Positions 35,748-49,311 of a stretch of 64,000 nucleotides of DNA are shown piece after piece. Positions within the stretch are counted from its first letter, which is position 1. Each line of letters starts with the position of its first letter. Source of the DNA: Podarcis pityusensis (Eukaryota). The stretch lies in assembly GCA_964106645.2 (NCBI GenBank), contig OZ067040.1. One strand, given 5' to 3'. The notes beneath the pieces were generated by a model that worked only from the letters and a program-made list of their open reading frames with translations, had not been told where the DNA came from and searched no databases. Position numbers and translations under genes: made by a program.

Positions 35748-36180
35748 CAGCAGTGCTGGGTTTAGGGGGCAGAGGGGGCTTCAGCTCCCCCAATATTTTT
35801 CAGCAGGGGGTGGCACCCCCCCAATATTGAGGGGGCTGCTATCCCCCACCACCCAAGGCACCCTCCACGCACCCCAGCATCAGCCCCAACTTCCATCCAG
35901 CAGCCCAGGAGCGAGGCAGCAGCTGGGACGAGCACAGGAGATTTCTGCTCCACTCGTCCCATTTGTAGCCTGGCAACCCGGGATCCCAGGAACCAGGTGG
36001 CGGCTGGGATGAGTGCAGGCAATCTTTGCTTTGCTCGTTCCAGCTGCAGCCCAGGAGCCAGGTGGGGTCTGGGACGAGCAAGCACAGAAATGGCACACAC
36101 TGGGTGGTGTCACATGGCGCATCACATGACACATCACATGACCATGCACTCTCAATGTGGGGGGCAAGTGGGTGCCCCTG
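35748..36180. mobile_element. hAT-type non-autonomous element
   Basis: 8-bp TSD GTGGCATC; CAG...CTG ends. Confidence 0.7.
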
Positions 36181-36189
36181 GTGGCATCC

Positions 36190-36520
36190 ATATTCTGAAT
36201 TGCCTTAGGAGAGCGAGAAAAATTCTCAGGGATGACTCACACCCCGGCCATCACCTCTTTAATCTTCTACCCTCAGGCAGGAGATATAGAAGTATAATCA
36301 GCCGTACCAACAGGCTAAAAAATAGCTTCTCTTTGTAGGCTGTTAGGCTGTTGAACGGAAAATAACATAGCGCAATTGACTTGCAAGGTGGTATGTTGTT
36401 CGATAAGCAAGCAGAGTGCAACGAGACTGAGTGTTGGGGGGGGAGGCTCATTTAATTTCATTGTACACAGGTTGTACAATGACAATAAAGGTATTATTAT
36501 TATTATTATTATCATCATCA
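36190..36520 (+). mobile_element. Rex1/Babar LINE 3' fragment
   Basis: RRARKILRDDSHPGHHLFNLLPSGRRYRSI..RTNRLKNSF; TCATTGTACA..TGTACAATGA hairpin, AATAAA, (TAT)n tail. Confidence 0.85.
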
Positions 36521-36900
36521 TATTACTAATATTTGACATAGTCATGACAATCAAGAAGTACATACAGTTAGGTTTTTCTCTCTCACAAATAATCGTTCTT
36601 TTAGAAAGCTGTCTGCAGTTTGGCACAATGAACTGACCAAGGGAGACATTTGAGCAAGCACAATATGATTTGTTCTCTTTGTTCAGAACACTGCTATGTC
36701 ATAATTATCTATCTCTTGTGTTAAAATAATCTAACACAGTGAAAACACTGGGCAATTTAGCCTTTTGTTGATAAACCTCCATAGTGGAACTAAAGCCAAA
36801 GTTGTCATTATTCCATTTCAAAACCCAGTTTTTAATATCTAAAGAAACCATTTTTATTTCAATTAATTCATAACTACTGCAATTATATTTTTTTTCTTAC

Positions 36901-37294
36901 CTTTTTCCAGAATCTGTACAATCTGCATGAATCTGTTAACATCTCTTTGAATTAAATCCACGTCAAGGTTCCAAAAAATTGTATGTTTCCACTTAAAAAA
37001 AAGCCTAGCCCATTCCTGCCTTGAATCCCACAACAATTTACGCAATACTAGATCACTTTCAATTTCAGAGAGCTCAACAGTTGCCCTCTGACAGTCTCCA
37101 GACTGAGCTCCATGTGACATCTTTTCCAAGGAAGTAGATTTCATCTCACTAACTGAACTGTCAAAAACAGTCTGGTAATTTGCATAGTTCATTATTTTCT
37201 CACTAATATCAGCTGCTTCTTCTATTAGGCTTTCAATAATCTCATTAGCCATCTTAGGCAAGGTTTCACTGAGGAGAAGGACAGGGTTTCGTAC
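36901..37294 (-). CDS. DNAH14: DNAH14 coding exon 19 (...DLVLRKLLWDSRQEW...LEK)
   Basis: AG/GTAAG boundaries, phase 0->1. Confidence 0.92.
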
Positions 37295-37745
37295 CTAAAA
37301 CACAAAATGATAAAGCAATCCCAAGAATGCAGTGGAGAGGGGGCAACCAGGAATTTTCATACATCTTGGATAAAAATCTTAGCCAAATTGGGGGTTCACC
37401 TTGGTTTTGAGTTGGATTCTAATGAGCTGCTGAAGCTTGTTTCTAAGTCTGGTTTGGGAGAACTTTGAAAATTTTGAGGTATAATTAAAGCAGCTGTTCA
37501 TCACACAGCTTCCATATTACCATTTGCTAGAGGCAGGTCCACTTCCAAAGATTCTTCTCCATCACGTCTCTGTTTAACTTAATATATTTTACAACGGGCA
37601 CGGTCTAATTTAATTAGTTTCTCATTTTACCTCCGAAAACAAAAATGCAGTCAAAGCTAACAGGGAAATTAAGTGCTCCTATGCTTTGGTCTCATTCCTC
37701 TGCAACTATAAACAAGGTAAAAATGATATTTCACTAGTAACTTAC

Positions 37746-38087
37746 TTTGTTTTTGTATTCCCTCAGCTCAGCCTGAAGATTGTCAATATATTCTGCCAAT
37801 CCTTCATTGAACTTTATAACATAATCATCCTTCATTTTTTCACAAATAAGGATAGTTGACTGAAGATTCTGGAGTGTTCGCACAACAGTCTGATAGAGAG
37901 CAAGTTGCTGAAGTGGAAGAAAGATGTCATAGTCTTTTGCAATGAAGTAGAGCTCAGAAAGACTGTTATACTGAACCTTTATTTTTGGTAGTTCTTCAGA
38001 AATTTGTTGGAGATATAGCAAATGTTCAATGAATCCATCCACCGTCAGTAGTTCTTTGCTCAGCTTTGCAACTGCTGTCCTGATGAC
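37746..38087 (-). CDS. DNAH14: DNAH14 coding exon 18
   Basis: AG/GTAAGT boundaries, 114 codons. Confidence 0.9.
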
Positions 38088-39850
38088 CTAAATGCAATGA
38101 CATATTAATAAAACATTTGAATATATTGTTAGACTGCTGGGAAGAAAAAGGAGGAAGTGGGCAAAACCATCTTGGCTGCTGACTGGAGAAGCTGCAACCC
38201 AGAGATTGGGAAGCATGGCTGGCTACTCTGCACTCAAGCTGGCTGAAGGTATGAGAGAAACAAGGAGAGACACTCTGGAGAAGTAATGGTGTGGACTCTC
38301 TTCCTCTCCATGTAGATCCAAGTGTATATAGGTGTAAAATAAGCCCTATATCTTAAAATGCTACAGCCTTCTCCATGCCCTGAATTCACAACAGAAAAAT
38401 GACCCTGGGTGAGTGTCTGTACCCCCTTGAATATTGCTACCACTTGACAGAGATTGGCGTGGCATGTAACAATATATATACCCCCCACCAATATAAAAAA
38501 AATTTTCTCCAGAACAGTGGTTCTCACTATGGGGCAGGACCCAGAGGTTTGTGAGTAGGGGGTGAGTGCTTCAAGAAAGGAAAGGGATTTGCAACAAGCA
38601 AATCCAAAGACACTTTCCTGGTAGCAAACAGTATATTTATCTATTGAAGCATTTATATAAACATTATATCATGAAAAATCAAGGCAATGTACACTGCTAG
38701 AACATATACAACATTAAATAAATTAAATTAAAATGTTAAAATACAACTAATCATTAAGGTGGTCTGTCTCAAATGGTTCTGGAAGCCAATAGGCTGCAGT
38801 ATATTCATTCATTCATTCATATGAGTGTTTAAGTATAGATCTATCTAAGTAGTTGACAGTCTCAATTGGGGCATAAAGGACAGGGAACTGAGCTCTCAAA
38901 AGTAATGGATCTGACTATGACATAATTGTCTTCTCAGCATACTGAGCAGTAGTACTTTGTGCACTAGCTCTATATTGTTACTAGACTTCTGACTAGCTGT
39001 TCAATACTTTCCTTTTTATGCTCACCTTTCCACTTTAGCCTGCTGCAACAAGTTGCTGAATCTCACCAACCTGCTAGGTAATACTGAGTTCAGTAAGTTT
39101 ATTGTGCTAGCTGAAGGCCATGACAAAAGCACAGAAACACAAGCAATTTCAAATACTAAATATAAATCAAGGCATCTACTAAAACAATCAGAATCCTCAA
39201 TTTCTGGTGAGACTACCACCAGGGAGCCTCCACTACTACACAAAGTGTACTTCAGATTTAGACCTCTGAATTCCCCTTACAGTTCATGGCTATTTTGTCC
39301 AATTCCATCTTCCTCATATTCCCTGCTGCCAGTGCAGAAAGGGGTACTTTCTGAGTCACTAATGCATTGGAGTCATTCACTAAACCCGCTCTATCGGGGA
39401 AAGACTGCTTCCTTGAACATACAAGGGTTTTAGAAAGTGATTCCTTGAGTTAGCGTATAAGGGGCAATAACAAATAATGAATAGTATCTTCTAACTAGGT
39501 AATATTAGAGTAGCTTCATCTCCAATCCAATCTCCCCCAACACCTGCACTAGCAAAGAGACTGAAGCCAGGTAGCTCCCCCAAGGTGAGAAGGTAGTGGT
39601 TCCCCGTGAGATTTGCTTACATCTGTGATGGTACTGGGGCAGAAGGAGGCTGTACAGAAGACATTCTGGCTGGGCATCTCTTCTATACACACACACACTT
39701 ATATCCTACCTTTCCAAATATTTCTCAGTCTTTTCTATGACTGGCATAGCTATTTTGCAAAATTTTGTTTTGCACTGGTGGCAGTGGAATTTTTTTTCAT
39801 ATAAGGCATTTATCCTAAAAGTTTATTGAATGAAAAACTGAAATACTTAC

Positions 39851-40198
39851 TTCTACAAGATGTACATTCTTTGCATCCATTACTTCATAAAAGCAGCTAA
39901 GAATTATACTAATGAGAGCTTCAAAAAATGGGAGGCAATCCTTTTGAAAGTTGAAACTCTGGACCTTAAACATACAGATGTTCTTTTCAGTAACCATACA
40001 TACAATCTCCTTTATATCAACAGTATAGTTTTCCAGAATGTTTCTGAACTCTGCTGTAGACATTTCTCTATTTAGTGAAAATATAGCGTCAGTTGTATTT
40101 TTTGCTTTATCAACCATATTGCAGTAATTTAAAAAGTTTCTGCTGTAAGATTCTACTCGGCCCAGTGAACAACTTTGAAGAGACAGAAGGTTCAGAAT
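39851..40198 (-). CDS. DNAH14: DNAH14 coding exon 17
   Basis: AG/GTAAGT boundaries, 116 codons. Confidence 0.9.
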
Positions 40199-40727
40199 CT
40201 GCAGAGTAAAACAGGAAACAGATGATAAACTTAGAAGTCAAAGGCACATTATTCTAAGCCAAAATGTTTTAGTGATGCAGAAACAATACTGTAATGATCA
40301 AGAAAGCCCAGGTAGCTAATTCAAATGTAATGCTATTCTGAGATTCCTTAAAACAAGCTAAACTCTGGTCAAGTCCTCCTCCTTGCTGTTTGAGCAAAAG
40401 AGAGAGTATGTGAGCCCAATGCCTTCCTTGGGCTCACTGCTCATACTCAGTGCTAAATCATTTAAACACAGCCAGCTAGTAATACATAACTGAAATAGCA
40501 TGGTTGCAAATCTGTATTTAACTGTATTTTAACTAGTGCACACATAATCCAATAAAATGGATCATCTATTGCTACTGGAACATTTTGGAAACCAGGTCCT
40601 CTGAGTGACGAGTAGAAAATCAACCCCCATTTGAATTTTTGTGCGTATTTATTTGCATTGCTAGTTGCAAATTGGCTTTATATTCACCAAATACCAATAT
40701 ATTTGTCAGCTGTCAGAATAAGACAAA

Positions 40728-41703
40728 TGTGGGCTGGATTTGTGGCAATATCATATTAATTCTTCTAATGCCATATCATGTCTATAATTGAAGCAGAAAA
40801 ATGGAGCTAGCAATACGATGTAGTTTCTGGGTACTGGGGGAATTCTGCCAGGTGTACAAGAAAATATTCGTTTTTAGAATAAGATAAAAAGAAAGCAATG
40901 CCCCAAACAGGTTAAACAGATCTGACGCTCCTGGTTCACCTCCCCACGTCACAGCCCTTGAGGTTCCCACCAAACTTCAGTTCAGAATGAACAGGCAGAG
41001 GAGCCAGGAGAACGGACCAAGAAGGGGTAGTCTTCACTCCGGTCTGCTCTTTGCATATCTAAGGGGGCGGAGCCTACAGTTTTATGCCTTGGGCGGAATC
41101 CTTTAGCCCATGGGTAGGCAAACTAAGGCCCGGGGGCTGAATCTGGCCCAATCACCTTCTAAATCCGGCCTGCGGACGGTACGGGAATCAGCATGTTTTT
41201 ACATGAGTAGAATGTGTCCTTTTATTTAAAATGCATCTCTGGGTTATTTGTGGGGCCTGCCTGGTGTTTTTACATGAGTAGAATGTGTGCTTTTATTTAA
41301 AATGCATTTCAAGGTTATTTGTGGGGCATAGGAATTAGTTCATTCCCCCCCAAAAAATATATAGTCTGGCCCCCCACAAGGTCTGAGGGACAGTGGACCG
41401 TCCCCCTGCTGAAAAAGTTTGCTGACCCCTGTTATCTTCCCTAAATGGGGGTGGTGACACACGCCCCCCTGTGGCGGCAATCCCAGGGTTCCCCGTTAAA
41501 GGGACTGTGTTGAAGGGAGTCACTGGCCATATGCTGAAAGGTTGTCAGTGCACTCCCGTGTTGCAGCGAAATAGGGGCAGGCTCTCTGCTTAAACATACG
41601 TCTTCGAGAGCCAGCCCACTCCCCAGACAGATCTGTTAACCTTGATGTGCCTCAGATCCCCGGCTGGGGAATGGGAGGGATAAACACCAATTTTAACCCC
41701 ACA
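40728..41703. mobile_element. Possible LTR-like element interrupted by a MITE
   Basis: TGTGGG...CCCACA ends, GC boxes; TSD not convincing. Confidence 0.3.
41109..41431. mobile_element. hAT/Charlie-type MITE with an internal ~70-bp tandem duplication
   Basis: CATGGGTAGGCAAACT...AGTTTGCTGACCCCTG. Confidence 0.8.
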
Positions 41704-42031
41704 ACACGTTTTCATGCATCATTCATTTCACCCAGGCGGCTCCTGGGGTCGGGGGGGGGAGGGTCTCCAAAGAGCTTTTAAGTGCTCCACTTTCTTTACC
41801 AGGCTCTAGGAAGGCTTCACACAGGCTCTGGGAGGATCCTATGCAACCTTCCCAGAGCCTGGTAAGCAAAGCTGAGAGCTTAAATGCTCTCTGCCTTCCA
41901 TGGGGAGCAAGCCCTGCTTGGCACACCAGCTTCTGAAAAGGAGGGATGGTCACACAGGGGTAGTTCCAGGTTTGTTCTGATTATATGTGATTTTGTCTTT
42001 ACACACTATCCCCTGGAACGTAAAAACGTAC

Positions 42032-42195
42032 TTTGCTTTGATAATCTGGATCTGTTCCTAGAATGAGATCACAGTTTGGCCATGTTGATAAATGCTGTCC
42101 TGGTTCAGGATCCATAGAAGGTTGCATTATTTTATGTAAAGATTGAGTTGTGAAGATCGACAGCTGGGCATCTTGAGAAAATGGCAGAACTTGAT
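42032..42195 (-). CDS. DNAH14: DNAH14 coding exon 16: QVLPFSQDAQL...WPNCDLILGTDPDYQSK
   Basis: AG/GTACGT boundaries, phase 1->0. Confidence 0.88.
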
Positions 42196-42489
42196 CTAAT
42201 AAGAGATAATACAATAGTATTTATAAACTCAGAAACTAGCCCTGGGCATGGAGTATGAATTCTTAATAAATATAAATCAACAACCCCACCCCCCATGGAT
42301 TAACCTATATTTGAAACTTGGGCAAGTGACAGAAACACTTTGCAACAGTAACAGAAATATCAATTCAGATTATTTCAATAACTATATAACTATTTTAAAT
42401 AAAAAATAAAATTTTAATTTCACCAAGTTTGAAGACATCCTTTTGCGGCTTCTTGCAATTGCTTTTTGTCTTCACCATCCTCAACAATG

Positions 42490-42650
42490 TGGTGTCATCA
42501 GGAAACTAGACCTCACTACTCACTCTTATCTCCAGTAACTTATGAACAAGCTAAAAAAAGCACCGGTCCCAATAGAGATATTTGGGGGACCCCACTTCCT
42601 ACATTCCTTCACTGTGAGAACAGGCAATTTATTCCTTTTCTCTGCTTCAT
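42490..42650 (-). mobile_element. CR1-like RT fragment
   Basis: Reverse complement encodes a decayed SGVPQ.S.LGPVLF motif. Confidence 0.55.
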
Positions 42651-42725
42651 CAGTGCAAACTATATGTTAATTAAATAGTAAAAATTACACCTAGCACTGC
42701 ACATTGTTTGAGTGAGATTACTTAC

Positions 42726-42823
42726 CAATAATGTTTTCTAGTGCATCCACAATTCCTTGGAACTGCATTGAAAACTCTCTTCTATTAGGAGCTAGATAAA
42801 TATCTGTAGCGAATGCTGGAGAG
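42726..42823 (-). CDS. DNAH14: DNAH14 coding exon 15: SPAFATDIYLAPNRREFS...
   Basis: AG/GTAAG boundaries, phase 2->1. Confidence 0.85.
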
Positions 42824-43438
42824 CTAGATAAGAAAACAGTGAATTTATTGGCAAAAGGTCTTCAGAAAATGTTAAATATAAAATATAAAACAGCAAAGAG
42901 CTTAAAATCTAAAGTGTAGGGCTATCAGGGTGTGTGTGTGCAAGAGAAAGACTCACCTAATATTAGTATTGGATTCTAATACAAATAACATTAAGGAAGT
43001 TCACAAAGAAAAAAGCTCTCTGTTTTCTCCTTTCCTCACAGCATTCCCCGTACCCCATCCCATATTGTTCAAGAAGAGCCCTTCTCCAATATTCCGAAAG
43101 GATTTTATGGAGTTCTGATCAGGTGGGTTAATAGCATTCAAGCATCAGAAAAATAAGTAAGCAAAGAATACTTGAAAATAGGAAAACTTAACTGAAATAA
43201 GAGTTCAGGGAGAGCCAGGACAAAAACAATACGAGAGAAAAAACTGAGGGGACTATGCCTGCCTCCCAGAGTTCTTTGCTCTCCTGCGTCCATCATGTGA
43301 TGAGAGACATTACCCCAACCCATTCAGGTCATCAGCAACCATCTCAAATTGTAAAACCACTGAAATAAATATGTATCCCTTCTGCAGAGTCAGCACAGTA
43401 TATGATCTGTAAAGCAAGGCTCCTATGATTAGACATAC

Positions 43439-43487
43439 CTTTTATATTTCAGTGGTTCCACATTGGATTTAGAAGAATGTGTTCTAC
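43439..43487 (-). CDS. DNAH14: DNAH14 coding exon 14 (putative, 49 nt): RTHSSKSNVEPLKYK
   Basis: AG/GTATGT boundaries; phase 1->2 bridges exons 13 and 15. Confidence 0.65.
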
Positions 43488-43999
43488 CTAATCCAGAAAG
43501 AAAAGCAAACACTTAAAAAAAAATTAAGCCATTGAAAATATCAATCTTTGAATGTCATCACTTTCCTAAAAGGAAACGTTTTCTACTGAATTCTTAAAAC
43601 AATAATTTCAAAACATGTTATTTGGATCCATTTAAATTGGAGTTTAATAACAGCTTTGCAATAAAAACCGGCTTGGTCCATCTTGTATGATGACCTTTGT
43701 TAGGAGAGATGGGGGAGTGTGCCCACAGGTGCTTCCAGGTGACCTGCTCATTGAGCATTGATCTTGATTTGTTTGCAGGGAAATTAGATGGTGTTAGCTA
43801 TCTAATGAACATTTATTTGGTTTTCAGGGAAGTGAGACATGTCAAAACAAGCACTGTCCAACAATTTCCAGTACATTTCCCCATCACCTTTCTTATCGCA
43901 AAAAATCTGGTCAACCATAATTTGCCAGTATGAAACAGAATCCCACCCAAATAGCAATAGCCCTCTTGGTTCTTTTGAACGCTTTTGTATATTTCTGGG

Positions 44000-44194
44000 C
44001 ATAGGAGTCAACTCCTAGGAGCCGAGGTCCCTTCAGCCCCATCCTATTAATATATTTGAGGGGACCAGACCTCCCCAAAGTTGATAGGCATTGCCATTCC
44101 AACGGTGTGTGCGTGCCACATCATGTGATTGATTATGCAGTGTGGGACTTACCTCTGCCCGCCCCCCAATATTTTATTCAACTTGGCATCCTTG
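44000..44194. mobile_element. hAT-type MITE (same family as 62886..63370, inverted)
   Basis: 8-bp TSD TTTCTGGG; TIR CATAGGAGTCAACT/ACTTGGCATCCTTG. Confidence 0.85.
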
Positions 44195-44294
44195 TTTCTG
44201 GGATAGCTGTCCAAGTTGGGGGTGAGCAGTTCCACTTTGAGGTGGTTCCAGTACTACTTCATAATAATTCATAATACTTGGATGGCTATTTCCA

Positions 44295-45240
44295 GCAGAA
44301 GGTGCTAGGGGGATGTTTGGCCCCATGGAGCCTCCAATGTGGGGTACCACTGAGGTTATTTATATCCCCTATGCTATTTAACATCTGCATGAAACGGCTG
44401 ACTGGGGTGATCCACAGCTCTATTTCTCCTTTACAATGGCAAGAGTAGCAGTGGATATGCTGCGCCAGTGTCTGGCTCCTGTAATGGATCAGGTGAAAGC
44501 CAATAAACTGAAGCATAATCCAGATAATGAGCAGCTGTTAGTGGGTAGCTTCCTACGTTGGACAGGCAGGATTCAGCCTGTCCTGAAGGAGCAAGTGCAC
44601 AGCTTGGAGGTACTTCTGGGTTTGTTACTTTTTCTTGAGGCATAAGTGGCCTCAGCGGTACAGTGCGCCTTGCATCCACTTTGGCTGGTGACCCAACTGC
44701 AACCCTATCTGGACAGGGGTAGCCTAACTTCTGTTGTCAACGTTCTCATAACACCTAGGTTAGAATAGTGCAATGTGCTATGCACTGCTTTCTTTATTTT
44801 TTTTTATTTAGTTATTGAGTTTTATATGAAAAAGTACTTTGTGTTACATCTAAAAAAGAGAAAAAATACAAACTAAATATCCCACCCTCCCATGCCTTTT
44901 ACCCAACCTGAAGTCATTGTTCAGATCTAAATAATAATAGTGAAGTTCATATAGCCACTAAAGTGTGGAGAATCCAAAAGTTGCTGATACCAACATAAAG
45001 GAAAATGTTAACACAACCATACCTTATGGAATGTGGCAGGTACAAATTTGATGGTTGAGAAACTGCAGCTAGTGCAGAATCCAATAATCAGATTTCTGAT
45101 TGGGGCAAGACAATCTGAGCAGATAATGTCAATTCTGGCACAACTACAGTGGCTTCCAATTAATTTCTGGGCTCAATTCAAAGTGCTGCTTTTGACCCAT
45201 AAAGTTTTATGCAGCTCAGGACTGCAATACCTGCCTCTCC
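44295..45240 (+). mobile_element. Old, fragmented L2 LINE
   Basis: Decayed GVP.., LFNI.M, NKLK.NPD and LQWLPINFWAQFKVL motifs; interrupted. Confidence 0.7.
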
Positions 45241-45808
45241 CCGCAGAAACGTACCTGGAAATTTCTCCATGTGCCTCTTCCTAGAAAGCTGCAGAGGATT
45301 GCAACATAAGAACAGGCCTATTTGTTTTACTCTGCTAAAGACTTCATAGCCTTACAACCTGTATTTCTCACACATGTGAGATAGGAGGTTTAAATTGTAA
45401 TCTACAGATTTAATCCTCTATCCATCTCCTACATAAACATGGTGTGATAGCTGCAGAGCTAATGTCACTTGTCACTGGGCCCGTCCACATTTCTGCTTGT
45501 CCCATGTCTAGAGAGCACAGGTCCAAGCAGTTATTTTCCTTGCCCTGATCATTTCTCTTCTGTACTAAATTGGAGCAAACGTCAATCTGGATAAAACTCA
45601 AAGAGCAGTTTGTTCCAATTGAACACTAAAGAGTGGTTTTCCCCATGGGGAAAGCAGTGGGACAAGAGGAAGCATGGCTAAGTCCACTGGCCCAACAGTT
45701 AGATCTTGGAGAGATGGTATATCTAATGTGACTCTGAGTTGCGCATCTGTGCTCATGCAGACTCAAAGACTCAAAATTGTAATCTCAAAGAACTCAGGTT
45801 ACTCTTAC

Positions 45809-46097
45809 TCAAAATGGTTTTTTCATCGCTGGATGCATTTGACTGTAGTAGCACAGAATTTTCCGATCCTTCATGTTTGCTTTGTCTTTCACTTGGAGAT
45901 AATTGTTTCAAATCTTCATCTTCCAATGTTTCATTGAAAGGTACTAATGAGGTTTCTGAGAGATAATCATCATTATCCTCCTGGATGTATTTTCGACAAA
46001 GTTCCTTTTCATAAGGAATTCTAAGCTCTATATTTATTTTAAATATTGGCACATATTCTTCCTCTCCTCTCAGTTGCCTTTTCACATCTTCCAGTAT
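45809..46097 (-). CDS. DNAH14: DNAH14 coding exon 13: ILEDVKRQL...YVPIFKINIELRIP...
   Basis: AG acceptor; donor GTAAGA (alternative in-frame GTAACC 6 nt further); phase 0->1. Confidence 0.8.
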
Positions 46098-46449
46098 CTA
46101 AATTTGTATAAGAAAAACAAAAATGGCTTACATTTTTATTAAGTTTTTAATCGTTTAAATGCAAATGGAAAATCTGCACAGTATGAAAAATATTATTTAA
46201 AAAGTGTTTAATTATAAAATAGAAATAATAATATTCAGAAAAATAATATATTAATAAGGAACAAAACTGAATAATCCACAGCATTAATATATTATAAATC
46301 TGTTTATTCTTGCTTGAATATGAGGGCTTACTGTTGAGGTAGGTCCAGAAGCTACAGTTAGTGCAGAGCTTGGCAGCTAGGTTGCTCGTGGGGTCAAACT
46401 ACTACTAGGACACAACACTTTGTAGGATCTTCTCTCAGGCCAACTTCAA

Positions 46450-46485
<36 letters not shown>

Positions 46486-47488
46486 TGAATTTACACAATA
46501 CCTGGAGGTCTCAGGGGTTCACAGAAAATACTTTTTGGGACTAATTTCTAAAGCCCTATATACCGAAATACCCAGTTACTAGAGAGACCACCTTATCTCT
46601 TATATATCCAATAGGTTGCTGCATTCTGCAGGAGTTTCTTCCTAAAGTCCCAAAAATATCACCAGCCTGCTCCACATTAACAATTCGTAACAGAGTTTTC
46701 AGTGTGGCATCTATGTTTCATTATGACAGGTACCCAATATATGTATTTCCCAGAAACAATGGAAAACATTTTTTATTTTGACATGGTTTTTTCAGCTGGA
46801 TGAAAGGATCTCTGCTCATTTGCTCATTTGATATTGTTCTTTAACCTAACCAGTTGTTTTCATACTGTTTTATAAAGTTTTCATGATATGTTTGTAAATC
46901 ACTTTGAGACATGTAAAAGGTGATTCATAACTTAATAACAACAACAAAAATCCATTCTATATTATTATTATTATTGTTCTTGTTGTTATTAACATTCTGA
47001 AATTAAATGAAAAGGAATGAGTCTAAATGAAAACTATTTTTGCACATTGTCCCTCAAGAAGCATGGAGATTTAGCACAAGCTTCTTAATTTATTACCACT
47101 GTGATTCTGTTTCAAAAGAGACCCTTGTGCTTAGAAATTAATGAAATATAACATGAAAAAACTCTTAATTTTATTATACCTTAAGCATTAAAAAAAACCC
47201 TAGGAAGAAACTGCCTATAGCTTCCAAATAGCGTGTCATGAGGCATGGAGAGACTATGAGAAACGTGAACCTAAAACTCATGTATTAAGTTTGCTTTAAT
47301 TTCTATTGAAATAAGCTATATTAGGATGATTTTATTTTGAAAAGTGGGGCATGAATGAATTAACAATCAAACAAAGTGAGATATAAATGAATAAAAAATC
47401 TAGCAGAATGCAATCATGCATTATCTTGTAGCTACATTCAGTCCTTCATAAGGGTTAGATTAAGAGATTTTCATTGAAAACAATTTAC

Positions 47489-47654
47489 CTTGCCTATATC
47501 ATTAACAGTAATGATTTCTACTTGTGGCTCAGGCTTTTCTGAATGGCGTGATGATGCCTGTGATATCTCAAAATAATTGGCTTGAAACATCTGTTGATGT
47601 CTATTCTCAGTATTCGATAAGCTATTTGCTCTCTCAATTGTTTTTTTATATGCC
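47489..47654 (-). CDS. DNAH14: DNAH14 coding exon 12: AYKKTIER...NDIGK
   Basis: AG/GTAAAT boundaries, phase 2->0. Confidence 0.8.
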
Positions 47655-48079
47655 CTGTGTATATGGGGGAAAAAACCTAAATTATTTTTGAACAGATATA
47701 GGACAAACTATTTCTACTAAGTAATTGCACACACTTTTATCCTGCCTTTTCCCAAAGAGCTCAGGGTAGTAGATACAGAATGATACTGGTAACTGCCTTA
47801 AAACATTAAACTACATATTAAATATATCAGAAAGATTATTTAACTATTTGTTAACTATATAATTGGTGTTTATTATAACAATTATGAGAATTAATATTAT
47901 ACTTGGCTCTTTACTCATATTCAACAACAAGCATTTGAGCCAAGAAATTCTTTTTCATAATCTTTCAAAACAGGTACCTATGCTTAATAATAAAAGAAAA
48001 TGACAAAGGAATCTTATGAACAATACAATAAAGCAAAACATTTTGGACAAGTGTTTTCATCATAAACAGGTGAAAATAC

Positions 48080-48336
48080 CATATAAGGTCCTCATTTGTC
48101 TTCAGTTTTGAAACTGTCTTATTATTAGAGCCTTCAAATATCTCCAAAAGAAGGTTTAAAGCATTGTGAACCAATTTTCGAAGCAGTTCTTGAAACATTC
48201 GGTCAACAAGCTGAAGAAACCTAGAAAAGTCTTCCATTATGTGCCGCCATCCAGCTATCTCAAAGTGTTTTGGCTTTTTTCTGGCATCATCTGGCAAATG
48301 CAGAAAAAGCTTTTCTGCTCCCTTCATTTCAGCTAT
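48080..48336 (-). CDS. DNAH14: DNAH14 coding exon 11: IAEMKGAEKL...NEDLI
   Basis: AG/GT boundaries, phase 0->2; ORF track 47965..48327. Confidence 0.88.
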
Positions 48337-48647
48337 CTATAACATTTTGGAAAAAATAATTTGGAAAAAATAATTACTATATACTGAATAACCTTTTTAT
48401 AAGATAAAATATTTGCAATACTTGTTCTAAGCTACTAGTAATTTAGGATTGCTTCCAATGAAAGAATTTTCTCTGGTAACAAAAAACAGTTTTTATCTGG
48501 TGAACTTCTGGTCTTCTCATTATGTATAATTGTTAGATTGGTCGCTTCATACAAAAGCTTCTATGTGGCATAAATTAAAACAAAACCAATTAAAACATCA
48601 GTTTACAATCAAAATACACAGAGTTCATAATAAAATAAGATGCTGCT

Positions 48648-48944
48648 TGTTAAGTTGTGGGTTGACATAGCAGACGACACAGCGATTTCTCCAAAGCAGC
48701 TCTTTATTTTGTAAGCTGGAGCAGAACTAACTGAGGAGCTCAGTCAGCCTGCTTATATAGAGCTACAGAACAATTGTAACTGTTGCCATTTTCTAAAACT
48801 ATCCAATCACTGAACGTTACTTTTCGATCCTTCATTTGCATACAAAACTATCCAATCACTGAACGTCACTTTTCGATCCTTCATTTGCATAACTATCTAC
48901 AGTATCCCCCTGCTGGCCCAGGGTGAGAACTTCAGTACATAACA
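48648..48944 (-). mobile_element. Solo LTR (297 bp) with an internal 49-bp tandem duplication
   Basis: TG...CA ends, 5-bp TSD CTGCT; TATATAA and AATAAA on the minus strand. Confidence 0.85.
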
Positions 48945-49311
48945 CTGCTTTAAGAACCATTTAGCTCAATCACGAATTTCAAAAACTCACCATGCAAGCT
49001 AAAGTATTCAACAACAGAATGAAACGGGGACTAAAATGAACAGATAGTCAAATAATATTAACATGTTTAAAAAGATTAAAAGATCAGAGCTCAGCACCAA
49101 TTGAAATAAGAAAATCAGCATTCTCCAAGAATGCCGATGATAACTTGAGCACCTTGCCCATTTCCCACTAGCCTTTAATTGTTCAAGTCTTCTGGATTAA
49201 GAATGATTTTTTTCAGTAGTCATGCTTCTATTTCTTTTAAGGAGTCTGAGGCGACTCCCTTCCATAAAGAGGAGTTTAATATCTTACCATTGATACATTT
49301 ACTCAGTATTA

